This document shows, in pieces, positions 29,048 to 38,759 of a DNA stretch of 64,000 nt. The stretch is from Paludibacteraceae bacterium (GTDB lineage: Bacteria > Bacillota_I > Bacilli_A > RFN20 > CAG-826), in contig CAVFEQ010000002.1 of the NCBI GenBank assembly GCA_963621535.1, forward strand, positions 15,362 to 79,361, read 5' to 3'. The position numbers were made by a program, and so were the translations under genes. Every line of letters starts with the position of its first letter. Position 1 is the first letter of the stretch. The notes beneath the pieces were generated by a model, which worked only from the letters and a program-made list of their open reading frames with translations, searched no databases and was not told the origin of the DNA.

Positions 29048-29258
29048 AGTCTACTTTTAGTCTACTTTTAGGGTCTTTTCTTCTACTAGATAAATGGAGG
29101 CTGCAATATTCTTCCTAGTCTTTCTCTCCGGTAGCAGGCAAAGGAGAAAGTGAGTCTATATCACGGATGTGGCCTCTATAGCGATCATCCTGATTCTGGG
29201 TTGCGTTCTATGGAGCGAAAAAGGCCGCAAAAACGAAAAATAACCCTGTTTTGCAGGG
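28999..29258. repeat. 260-bp repeat element, copy 1
   Basis: Matches 38482-38741 at 259 of 260 positions. It contains four AGTCTAC heptamers at 29035, 29046, 29058 and 29069, internal hairpins, the 25-nt motif and a terminal hairpin. Confidence 0.95.
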
Positions 29259-29267
29259 TTATTTTTT
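29236..29267. terminator. Long A/T-rich hairpin at the end of repeat copy 1 (bidirectional terminator)
   Basis: AAAAATAACCCTG pairs with CAGGGTTATTTTT around a TTTTG loop, with T or A runs on both sides. It lies downstream of the convergent PAP2 gene. Confidence 0.6.
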
Positions 29268-29335
29268 GTTATTAGCTCTTGTGAAACGGTTGGAAATCCT
29301 TGTTTATTTAAGGATTGCGTTTCGCCACTTAATAA

Positions 29336-30178
29336 CTATTTTGCAGCCTCAGCGTCTTTTCTCTTGTAGAACCTTGCTTTAAGGCAATAAAAAGCAAGCA
29401 ATGTAATAAAGGCACCTGTGGTAACGTCTGAAGCAAAATGGGCGCCGGCAACAACGCGCGAAACCATGACGATTATTAGCCAAAGGTAGCAAAGGACGCT
29501 CGCGATGATTTCGCCGGTTTTCTTTTTGCTGCAGAACTCAACAGGCAAAAGAGATAAGACAATTACGCAGGCGGCATTGGCTGAGTGACCAGAAGGGAAT
29601 GAGTCTGAACCGCTCCACCAATTGGGTGAATACCATGGAAAGAAGCCATCATAAGGCGGCAATAAATCCCTCATGCGTGGACGGCCCCAGGCGTATTTAA
29701 GCGCATAGGTGACTGCTTGCTCTATCAAGATCGTAAGGATGGCGATGATGGCGACTCGTTTCAAAGAACTTCCGTAACGTTTGCTAAGAGCTCGCGCTCC
29801 GAAGAACGAGCCAGCTGCAATCGGCAACATAAACGAGAATCCGTAAATAAGCGCTCCTTTGACCTTTAAGTAGTTCAAAACAAAGAACACAAGAAGGAAA
29901 GAATAGGCCAGAATCCCGACAACCGATATGACGGCGATAAAGATGCTCAAGAATTTTTTCTCTTTTTGCCGCGTGAAGAAAAGGATATTGAAACCGAGTA
30001 AAGCAATAAGAGTGAACGGGACTTCTCCAATCGCCTCCAATATTTTGCCGAATAAGCTCTCTTTGTTATATAAGGCTATCGAGATATCAAGATCAAAGAA
30101 AGCAAAGTAGATCATCAGCGAAATATAAAGAACAACGCCAACAATCGCCGGTATGAATTTGACTATCTTTTTACTCAT
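29336..30178 (-). CDS. PAP2-family membrane phosphatase
   Basis: Carries the three PAP2 motifs: KYAWGRPR, PSGHS and SRVVAGAHFASD, with multiple TM helices. ATG 30178 overlaps the rhamnosidase stop by 8 nt. Confidence 0.85.
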   Translation of the reverse strand: MSKKIVKFIPAIVGVVLYISLMIYFAFFDLDISIALYNKESLFGKILEAIGEVPFTLIALLGFNILFFTRQKEKKFLSIFIAVISVVGILAYSFLLVFFVLNYLKVKGALIYGFSFMLPIAAGSFFGARALSKRYGSSLKRVAIIAILTILIEQAVTYALKYAWGRPRMRDLLPPYDGFFPWYSPNWWSGSDSFPSGHSANAACVIVLSLLPVEFCSKKKTGEIIASVLCYLWLIIVMVSRVVAGAHFASDVTTGAFITLLAFYCLKARFYKRKDAEAAK

Positions 30179-32753
30179 TTTCAGAAGCTCCGCTTTCCTC
30201 AATCTCAAAGACATAGTCGCCCTCATCTAGGGTTTTTGCTATTCCGGGCAAAACGATTTTCGCTTGCGTGTTTGAGGGTATGGATATCTCGTAAATGGTT
30301 TTCTTCTCTTCCTTTTGCCACGCGCTTTTCACCAAGCCGTATTGGCTCAAATATTCGAATCTTGCATAAGTGATGTTTCCGCCTGGTCTCGGGGCGATAA
30401 CAAAATTGTTTTCCCCTGCGATTTTCACGCCGCACATTTCTTTAAACAGCCATTCGCATACCGCGCCTTTGCTGTAATGGTTTAGCGAGCCAATGCCTTT
30501 ATCGCTTGTCGAATTGCCTTCCCAAGCTTCCCAGATGGTGGTCGCGCCATTTTTCATCATATAGAGCCATCCGGGCTTTTCTTCGTTCTCCAGGAGCTTA
30601 TAAGCGTAGTCAATGTCGATATCCTCCAAAACGTAAAGAATCATCGGGGTGGATAGAAAACCGGTACCAACCCGCCAATTGTAATGATCAAGAGCTTTGA
30701 TGAGTCTTTTTTTAGCGAATTCGGTTTGCTGTTCATCGAGCAAGCCCATATAAAGCGGCCGCACGAGCTTGGCCTGTCTATCGGTATCTAGGCTATATTT
30801 TGGCTTAGAGACGTATTCTTGATAGGCCTTCTTTGCCCCTTCGCTGTATTCTTTGACTTTTTTAAGGCGCTGATCGTTTTCTTTATGGAGTATTTCCGAT
30901 GCTTTTAGGACTCGATGAAGGGTGAAATAGGTATAAGCGGTTGATTCTTCTGGATGAGGGCTAGCGAAGTCATACCATTTGAAGGCCATGACGTCGTTAG
31001 GCTCTGCCCATTCGCCGTATGATTGTCCGCAGTTTACGAAGTACTTGCGGTTTTTAAACGAAATGTGAACCGGTTTGGCGTAAATCCCTCCCCACTTTCC
31101 AGCTCTTTTTATCATGAAGCCCGCGTAGTTCATGATGCCTTCGAAATGTTCTTGAAGCAGCCTATCATCGCCATACACCTCATAAAAATTCAAAGGGATA
31201 TAGACGCCTGCGCATGCCCAGCCTACCGACCCATTCATTGTCCACATGAACCAATCTTCATGGGCGTATGGCGCGATTTGCGGGAGACGCCCGCTCTTCC
31301 ACTGCCTATCGAAAATGTCGCGGACGTGCTTACGGGCAAAAGCGGCATAGTCCACCATGTAGGAAGCGGTTGGAAAGAAAATCTCGCTGTCGCCAGTCCA
31401 GCCCATTCTCTCACGGGTCGGGCAATCGGAAGGGATATCGGTCGAATTGCTTTTAAGCGACCACATCGTGCTTTGATAGAGCTTGTTTATCAAAGGGTTT
31501 GAGCATTCGAATTCGGAAACTGAAGAGAAGCCGCTATAGACGGCAATTGCCGTGAAATCGTCTTTTTCAAAAGGAATGTCGGTATCGATTTGCGCATAGC
31601 GGAAACCGCCATAGAAAAACTTAGGCTTGTAGTCGTTTCGTCCTTCCTTGCATAGATAATCAATTTCCTGAAGAGGCGACTTTTTGCCTTTGAATGTGCA
31701 TTGAATGTTTTCCAAAGAGAGCTCGCCGTCTTTGTCGAGCATCTCCCCAAGAGTGATGTGAATGCGCTCACCTAGATGTGCCATTAAGGAAAAGGAGATG
31801 TACCCTGAGATATTTTGCTCAAATTCGAGAACCTTTTTGCCTTTGGGGGTGATGATCAGTCTGATTGGCTTAAATTTTTCGTTTTCGGTGACACTAAAAT
31901 TATTAGAAGAAGTCAGTTTTGCGGGTTTTTTGATGGTTTTGGCTTTTTTGTCGTAGGATGGGCATTTCCTCGCATCAACCTTTTCTCCATCTTTGAGATC
32001 GGCAAAAATTATGGGCCCATCGTTTGACCAACTCCAACTATTGTCAGTGGCGAGCATGAACTTTGTCCCATCGTTTTTGGTTATCTCAAGCTGAGCTAAG
32101 AATTGCGTCTGCTTCCCATAGGTGTTCACTCTGCCTTTCGCGCCGCTTGATCCGCGATACCAGCCATCTGCAAGCTCCACGCACAATGAGTTTTTGCCAG
32201 AAACAACGAGGTCTGTTACATCATATGTTTGATATTGGACTCTTTTTCTATAGTCAAACGATCCTGGGGCGAAGATAAAATCGCCGCATCTTTCGCCGTT
32301 TATCCTGGCTTCGTATAGCCCACGGGCGCTGATATAAAGCCTTGCTGCTTTGACGGCGGAGATTTCAAAGTCTTTTTTGAAGCAATCGACGGGGTAGCGG
32401 TCCTTTCCGTTGGCCTTGTAATTGCCGCTTATCCATTGTGCACGCCAATCGTTTTCCTTGAGGAGGCCTAGTTCAAAAGAGTTATATTCGCTCCATTCCC
32501 CCGGTTCGTCGTTCTCATCGTAAAGGCGAATCCTGAAATCGACATGCGATCTTGATTGGAGCGGGAAAAAGAAGTCAAAGTGCATGCTTTGGCTTTTGTT
32601 TTTGTGTGTGCGTTTCTCCCCGTCGATAGCGAATTCGATTTCGTAGGACGTTTGCTTTTTCCCTCCTAGGCAATTCCAGCTGATACGAGGGTTTTTCACG
32701 TCGATGCCTGAGGGGTTTGTCAGGTATTCTGTTTTGATGTTTGTTGCTTTCAT
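30171..32753 (-). CDS. Alpha-L-rhamnosidase (GH78)
   Basis: 860 aa from ATG 32753, which follows GGAGG. It has an N-terminal NPRISW motif and the GH78 hallmark DCPTRERMGWTGD. Confidence 0.9.
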   Translation of the reverse strand: MKATNIKTEYLTNPSGIDVKNPRISWNCLGGKKQTSYEIEFAIDGEKRTHKNKSQSMHFDFFFPLQSRSHVDFRIRLYDENDEPGEWSEYNSFELGLLKENDWRAQWISGNYKANGKDRYPVDCFKKDFEISAVKAARLYISARGLYEARINGERCGDFIFAPGSFDYRKRVQYQTYDVTDLVVSGKNSLCVELADGWYRGSSGAKGRVNTYGKQTQFLAQLEITKNDGTKFMLATDNSWSWSNDGPIIFADLKDGEKVDARKCPSYDKKAKTIKKPAKLTSSNNFSVTENEKFKPIRLIITPKGKKVLEFEQNISGYISFSLMAHLGERIHITLGEMLDKDGELSLENIQCTFKGKKSPLQEIDYLCKEGRNDYKPKFFYGGFRYAQIDTDIPFEKDDFTAIAVYSGFSSVSEFECSNPLINKLYQSTMWSLKSNSTDIPSDCPTRERMGWTGDSEIFFPTASYMVDYAAFARKHVRDIFDRQWKSGRLPQIAPYAHEDWFMWTMNGSVGWACAGVYIPLNFYEVYGDDRLLQEHFEGIMNYAGFMIKRAGKWGGIYAKPVHISFKNRKYFVNCGQSYGEWAEPNDVMAFKWYDFASPHPEESTAYTYFTLHRVLKASEILHKENDQRLKKVKEYSEGAKKAYQEYVSKPKYSLDTDRQAKLVRPLYMGLLDEQQTEFAKKRLIKALDHYNWRVGTGFLSTPMILYVLEDIDIDYAYKLLENEEKPGWLYMMKNGATTIWEAWEGNSTSDKGIGSLNHYSKGAVCEWLFKEMCGVKIAGENNFVIAPRPGGNITYARFEYLSQYGLVKSAWQKEEKKTIYEISIPSNTQAKIVLPGIAKTLDEGDYVFEIEESGASENE

Positions 32754-32770
32754 GGGAGCCTCCAAACGCT

Positions 32771-34636
32771 TTATTTGGTTAAACCAGCAAGCTCGGCCTG
32801 AATCTTCTCGTAGTATTCCTGCCCTTTCTTTCTCTCGATTTCCCACTTCGCTTCATCACGGGCGAGCTTTTTGGCCTCTTTTTCCTTGCGTTTAGCGATT
32901 TGCTCAGCGCTGAGCGAGGCTAATTTAGCGGCTTTCTTTTCTTCGGTTTTAGCTTTTTTCGCCTCTTCTTTTTCTTCTTTCAGTTTTTGCTTGGCCTCGT
33001 TTTTGGCTTTTTTCTCCGTTACTTTGTCGTTGTGTTTTTTGACCTCTTCTTCGTAGTTGAGTCCTTTTTTCTCGCATTTGATTTTTAGGTTCTCTAAATA
33101 AGCGCGCTCGTTTTCTAAGAGATATCTTTCTTCGTCTTCCTTGGCTTTAACTTCCGGCGGAATCCAATTCTCGCCTTTAGCCTCTGCACTTGCTTTTTGC
33201 CGTTCCCTGATAATCGAAAGCTTCTTATTGGCGGTTTTCTCGGTGTTCAAAAACATCAGCAGGACGGCCAGGGCGAGCCCGGTGAATACCTCCAAGCCAA
33301 CAAAGGAGAACGTGATTGCGTTTTTAACGGCGTCTGATTGGACATAGGCCACGGTTTCGCCAAGCTCATTGATTGTCGGCGCCTTATACCCGCTGCCTGC
33401 TAGCAACGCATTGAAAAGGCCTGTGGTTACGCCGATCAAAGCCGTGGCGATGACGTTATAGACCGACATTGAAAGTCCGTCGCATCTTACCCCGCTCTTC
33501 CATTCAAGGTGGTCGAGAGTGTCGGCAAACAAAGCCATAAAGACATAAGAGCAAGGCAATCCGCCGATGTTTTTGATAAATTGACCCGTCAAGACGATAA
33601 CCATATTGGTCGGCGCCATCCAGCAAATGGCGCTGCCGATGGCGTAGAGAACGAATCCCCACATCGTGACATTCCTCTTTCCAAAACGCTTGGCAAGCGG
33701 CCAGACTAAGAAAATGCCTATGCCCATCGGGATTCCGCCGATGACTGAGACAAGCATCTGGGTCGTTCCGTCGTTATAGCTGCCCAAAACGTAATTGCAG
33801 TAGTAGACAAGGCCAAGGTTTTTCAAAGAAGAGCCGACGGTGTAGATAAAGAAATATGCGAAAATAATCCACATGTATTTGTCGCTGAAGACGATTTTGA
33901 GCTGTTTGGAGAAAGGCACCGCTTTCGTTTCGCCCTCCCCTTGCTCTTCGCTGATTCTCTCTTTTGTGAAGTAATATTCAAGAAGCGTCAGAGGGAGAGC
34001 GAGAATGCTCAAAACGCACATAACGATGATCCAAAGCGATTTATTGACGCCAAGAATAGGCATGATCACAACCGGGAAAAGAAGGGCGACCAATATCCCG
34101 CTCATCATGATGGAGGCGATTTGGTTGAAAACGGAAAGCCCGCCCCTCTGAATGGTGTTTCTCGTGGAAAGAGGAACCATGAGGTTGTGGCTCATGTTGT
34201 AGATGGTGAAGGCGAAAGAGTAGAAGAGGTTATATGAAACCATGACCCAGATAACTTGAACGGTCTCGTTCGCGTTTGGCACCAGGAAGAGAAGAACGCC
34301 GGTAATCGCGACTAGAGGAGCGGAAAGCAAGATCCAGGGTCTAGCCTTCCCTTGCTTCGTTTTTGTTCTATCGATGATGTAGCCCATGATGACGTTGGTA
34401 ATGGCGTCGATGATCTTGGAAACGATCGGGAAGATGGTCAAAAACAATCCGCCCCAAACGCTTGTCAAACCCAATACGTCCGTGTAATACACATTCAAAT
34501 ACGTGGCGAGAACGGCGTTTAGCAAAAGCGCTCCGCATGGCCCAAGCAAATACCCAAGCCATTTTTCCTTCCCCGTCACGTTGCGAGAATGAATCCTGCT
34601 GTCGAAGAGTTTCCCGTTCAATGCTTTGTTTTTCAT
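32771..34636 (-). CDS. GPH-family glycoside:cation symporter with a 156-aa K/E-rich C-terminal extension
   Basis: A 12-TM MelB/GPH-like core ([17 protein letters not shown]...) is followed by a tail from EKTANKK... to ...ELAGLTK rich in K, E and A (nt 32771-33241). Confidence 0.85.
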   Translation of the reverse strand: MKNKALNGKLFDSRIHSRNVTGKEKWLGYLLGPCGALLLNAVLATYLNVYYTDVLGLTSVWGGLFLTIFPIVSKIIDAITNVIMGYIIDRTKTKQGKARPWILLSAPLVAITGVLLFLVPNANETVQVIWVMVSYNLFYSFAFTIYNMSHNLMVPLSTRNTIQRGGLSVFNQIASIMMSGILVALLFPVVIMPILGVNKSLWIIVMCVLSILALPLTLLEYYFTKERISEEQGEGETKAVPFSKQLKIVFSDKYMWIIFAYFFIYTVGSSLKNLGLVYYCNYVLGSYNDGTTQMLVSVIGGIPMGIGIFLVWPLAKRFGKRNVTMWGFVLYAIGSAICWMAPTNMVIVLTGQFIKNIGGLPCSYVFMALFADTLDHLEWKSGVRCDGLSMSVYNVIATALIGVTTGLFNALLAGSGYKAPTINELGETVAYVQSDAVKNAITFSFVGLEVFTGLALAVLLMFLNTEKTANKKLSIIRERQKASAEAKGENWIPPEVKAKEDEERYLLENERAYLENLKIKCEKKGLNYEEEVKKHNDKVTEKKAKNEAKQKLKEEKEEAKKAKTEEKKAAKLASLSAEQIAKRKEKEAKKLARDEAKWEIERKKGQEYYEKIQAELAGLTK

Positions 34637-34638
34637 GT

Positions 34639-37099
34639 CTAGTTCTCCTTTTTCTCATCTTTAGGCAGTTTCGGGGCTTTAACCGAAACGCAAAAATCTT
34701 TAATGCCTTTCACAAGGTGGCCGTTTGCTAAGTCAACCATGCCCTGCGCGAAATTATAGGGAAAGCTTTTCCCTGCCGACATTGACATCGTGATAATTGA
34801 ATTGCTCTCCAAGATGCGTTTGAGAAAATAGGCTCCCTTGATTTTATTATCGCGTTCTTGGCCCTCAGGAAGTTTCTTGGCTTTCTTCATGTCTTTTTTC
34901 GCGACGCCGAGGACGGCATTGAATAAGATTTTTCCAATCGGCGTCTGCTGAAGATCGGTGAACCTGCTTTCCATTCTAATTGGTTTTCGTTTTGGCTCTT
35001 GCGGTATTTTCAATCCGGACATTTCCTCAAAAACATCGTTGGTCATGCGCAAAACTTCGCCAGCCCCATAAATGCGATTGATCTCTTGGGGATATGGAAC
35101 AGATGCTTTTTCTCCAGTGATGCTGAGGGTTTTGGAATCGATGACCGTTTCCGAATCGGAGCACAAATTAAAGAGATAGTCGCCGCTTTCTAGCACCCAG
35201 CGGTGTTCCTTTGCGTTCCAATAACGCAGATCGGCTTTCTTGATGCTTAAGGAAACGTTTTTTTCTTCGCCTTTTCTTAAATGCACTTTTTGGAACCCTT
35301 TAAGCTCACGTTTGGCTTTGAAGCAATCTGAACTCGGTGAGCTTACATAGATTTCGGCGACCTCAGCGCCATCGAAATCACCGACGTTCTTAATCGAAAA
35401 ACCAACAATGACTTCGTCGCGCTCTTCTTTGACGGAAAAGGAGGAATATTCAAATTTGGTATAGGATAAGCCGTATCCAAACGGATATCTGACTCTCTTA
35501 TTCGCGGTTAGATAATACCTGTAACCGACAAGAATCCCTTCTTTGTAAATCTCATTGATCCCTTTGCCGAAACTCTCTCCGAAAGGAACGTCTTCGTAAG
35601 AAAGAGGCCAACTTTCGGCAAGACGCCCAGAAGGGGTCTTTTCCCCATAAACCAGTTTCCATAACGCCTCACCCCCACCTTGCCCGGGCAAATACATATT
35701 CAAAATGGCGTTTACTTTGTCTTCAAACGGCAGTTCACATGGCGAGCCACCATACAAGATGACGGCAATCTTCTTCTTTAAGGGGAGCAGCACGTCGATT
35801 AGGGCTAATTGGTTTTTTGGCAGCGACATGCTTTCGCGGTCGCCTCCCTCGCTTTCTGAATAATCGGTAAGCCCGAGGAAGAGAAAAAGGGTCTCGTATT
35901 CTTCAGCGGCCTTCACCGCTTCATGAATCAGCTTTAAATCAACGTCATTTTCGTTTGCTTTATACCCTTTTCGATAAACGAAGTGGACGCCATGTTTTTC
36001 AAACGCCTTTTTCGGCGATGACAAAAACGTCGGATTTATCATCGAGCTTCCCGATCCTTGATAACGAGGCTTGTCAAAAAGCTCGCCGATCACGCATATC
36101 TTTTCGTCTTTTTTTTAGAGGCAAAACCCCGTTATTTTTCAAAAGGACCGCAGAATCGGCAGCAATTTCCTCCGCCAAAAGATGGTGAGATTCAAAATTG
36201 ACGTCGGTTTTGCGCTTATTTTGGTGCTTGCTCACCAGGTTAAGCACATTGCTTACGGCTTTATCTAAATCGGCCTGGCTGAGTATTCCGTTGTTTAAGC
36301 CATCGATTATCCATTTACGGCAGATGGGGGTGTCGCCAGGCATTTCCAGATCAACCCCGGCTTGGAGCATTTTGATGCGGTCGTGGGTGGCGCCCCAATC
36401 CGTGATAACAACCCCATCGAAGCCCCATTCTCCGCGGAGGACATCACTAAGCAGCGATTTGTTGTGGCAGCAATAAACGCCATTGATTTGGTTATATGCG
36501 CACATAAGACTTTCTGCGCGCCCTTCTTTCAATGCGATCTCGAAGGGCTTAAGGTAGATTTCGCGGATGGTTCGTTCGTCAGCGACGCTATTGCCCATAA
36601 AACGGAAATTTTCGCTGTTGTTCAAAGCAAAATGCTTTAAGCACGATGCAACGCCTTGGCTTTCTATGCCTTTTATCTCGAAGGCGGCGAAGGTTCCTGA
36701 TAAAAGCGGATCTTCGGAATAATACTCAAAGTTCCTGCCTCCTAAGGGATTTCTTTTTATATTCGTCCCTGGGCCCAAAACAACGTCAATTCCGTAATAA
36801 TTGCTCTCTTCTCCGATGGCTTTTCCAATTTTATAGGCATTTTCGGGGTCCCAGCTCGAGGCCACGGTGACAGCGGGAGGAAACGCGGTGGCTGGAAGGC
36901 TGCCAGTCACTCCGTTGTCGCCTTCCCCGTTTTGCACCCTTAATCCATGAGGCCCGTCTGACATTCGAATCGATTGGATGTTTAAACGCGGAACAGGATT
37001 GGTGTACATGAAATCGGTGCCCGCTACCAAAGCGGCTTTTTCCTCTTTCTTCAAATCGCTCAAAATTTTCAGTGCATCCATGAAAATGGTCTCCGCCAA
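34639..37099 (-). pseudogene. GH3 beta-glucosidase interrupted by a +1 frameshift in an A8 tract
   Basis: The N-terminal ORF (36074..37099) has SDGPHGLR, KHFALNNSE and ITDWGA. The C-terminal ORF (34639..36093) has PRYQGSGSS and a fibronectin-like end. Removing one A from A8 (T8 on the plus strand, 36109-36116) gives PLKKDEKICVIGELFDKPRYQGSGSS and one ORF of about 819 aa. Confidence 0.85.
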
Positions 37100-37165
37100 A
37101 AAGTTAAGACCATTATAGAAACAGGTTTAATGCTCCGTTGTACATTTGTTTTATTGATGATATAA

Positions 37166-38383
37166 ATGTTTTGTCTTTTTATGAAAAATATCGATTATTC
37201 ATATTTGGGCTCCCTGCTTGGCAATTTGTCAGGAGTCCCCATAAGGGTTTTTCGCGGCGAGAATCAAATCTTTTATTGCTCCATCGTCAAATTGCCAAAA
37301 GACCCGCTTGAGCCCTATTTGAAAAGGGTTCTCAGCAGCAAAAAACACATCGATTATTACATCACGCCTGCTTTTGATTACTACGGCATCGTTACGAGTG
37401 GACCAATCAAAATCGTCATAGGACCAACGCGCCAATCTCCGCTTTCAGATCAAGAAATCCGCGAGCAAGCCTTCGAGCTTGATGTCGAGCCGGAAGATTT
37501 GGAGGAATTTAAACTTGGCATCAAAAGCATCGTGCCAATGCCTTTTGTAAGCGTTCTTCAGATCCTGTGCGCGATCAACTATGTTCTGAACCATGAAAAG
37601 CTGACATTAGAAGACGTCACGATCGCCGAAAGCGCCCAAAAGGTCATGCAATCCGATTTGGAAACTCAAAAGGCAAATAAAAGCATCGACGGCGACCCTT
37701 TTTCTGAAGAGCATGAATTGCATAACACGATTTTCATTGAGCGAACAATCGCAAATATCGTGAGAAAAGGCGATACAGCCGCTCTTCGGCAATGGGCCAG
37801 CAGCGCTCCGGCGGTGAGAGCGGGTGTTTTGGCTAAAGATCAATTGAGGCAGATCAAAAACACGTTCATCGTAACCGCCACCATCGTTTCTAGGGCCGCA
37901 ATACGCGGCGGGATGGACGTTAATGAGGCTTTGTCCCTTTCTGATTCATATATTCAAAAATGCGAGTTTTTCACCAGCGTAGAAAGCATAATGAACCTTC
38001 AATTTAGGATGGTTTCCGATTACACCGAAAAAGTGGAGAGGCTTCGAAACAGCGGCTGCGCTTCGAAATTCGTAATTGAAGTCAGCAATTATGTACAGAA
38101 ACACATTTCCGAGCCCATAGACATCAAGGCTTTGAGCAAAGCGATGTATTTAAGCCGCTCTCGCTTCAGCACGAAGTTCAAGGAACAAACCGGAATGTCC
38201 CCAATCGATTTCATAACCAGAGAAAAAATAGAAGAAGCCAAAAGGCTTATAAAATACACAGACAAGCCACTTTCTTCGATTGGCGATTATTTGGGCTTCT
38301 CTTCCCAAAGCCACTTTTCCCGCACGTTCAAAAAACACACGGGCCTATCCCCGAATGAATATCGACTGAAGTACGCCGAGTAA
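37166..38383 (+). CDS. AraC-family transcriptional regulator
   Basis: 405 aa with a C-terminal double HTH_18 (SRSRFSTKFKEQTGMSPIDFITREKIEEAKRLI...FSSQSHFSRTFKKHTGLSPNEYR). An alternative start is ATG 37181. Confidence 0.85.
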   Translation: MFCLFMKNIDYSYLGSLLGNLSGVPIRVFRGENQIFYCSIVKLPKDPLEPYLKRVLSSKKHIDYYITPAFDYYGIVTSGPIKIVIGPTRQSPLSDQEIREQAFELDVEPEDLEEFKLGIKSIVPMPFVSVLQILCAINYVLNHEKLTLEDVTIAESAQKVMQSDLETQKANKSIDGDPFSEEHELHNTIFIERTIANIVRKGDTAALRQWASSAPAVRAGVLAKDQLRQIKNTFIVTATIVSRAAIRGGMDVNEALSLSDSYIQKCEFFTSVESIMNLQFRMVSDYTEKVERLRNSGCASKFVIEVSNYVQKHISEPIDIKALSKAMYLSRSRFSTKFKEQTGMSPIDFITREKIEEAKRLIKYTDKPLSSIGDYLGFSSQSHFSRTFKKHTGLSPNEYRLKYAE

Positions 38384-38481
38384 CGTGAATATTGTTGTTC
38401 TTTGTTTGCATGGCCCTGGCCTTTCCGATGCTTGCCTTAAAGTCGGCGATGGTTGGCCGTCCGCGGCGAAAGCAAAACTCC

Positions 38482-38741
38482 ATTTACTCTGCAAACTAGC
38501 GGGCCTAAGTCTACGCAAAGTCTACTTTAAAGTCTACTTTTAGTCTACTTTTAGGGTCTTTTCTTCTACTAGATAAATGGAGGCTGCAATATTCTTCCTA
38601 GTCTTTCTCTCCGGTAGCAGGCAAAGGAGAAAGTGAGTCTATATCACGGATGTGGCCTCTATAGCGATCATCCTGATTCTGGGTTGCGTTCTATGGAGCG
38701 AAAAAGGCCGCAAAAAAGAAAAATAACCCTGTTTTGCAGGG
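38482..38741. repeat. 260-bp repeat element, copy 2
   Basis: Matches 28999-29258 at 259 of 260 positions. The single difference is A at 38717 where copy 1 has C at 29034+200 (position 29234). Weaker similarity extends about 25 nt upstream of both copies. Confidence 0.95.
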
Positions 38742-38759
38742 CTATTAATCTTGTTTTGG

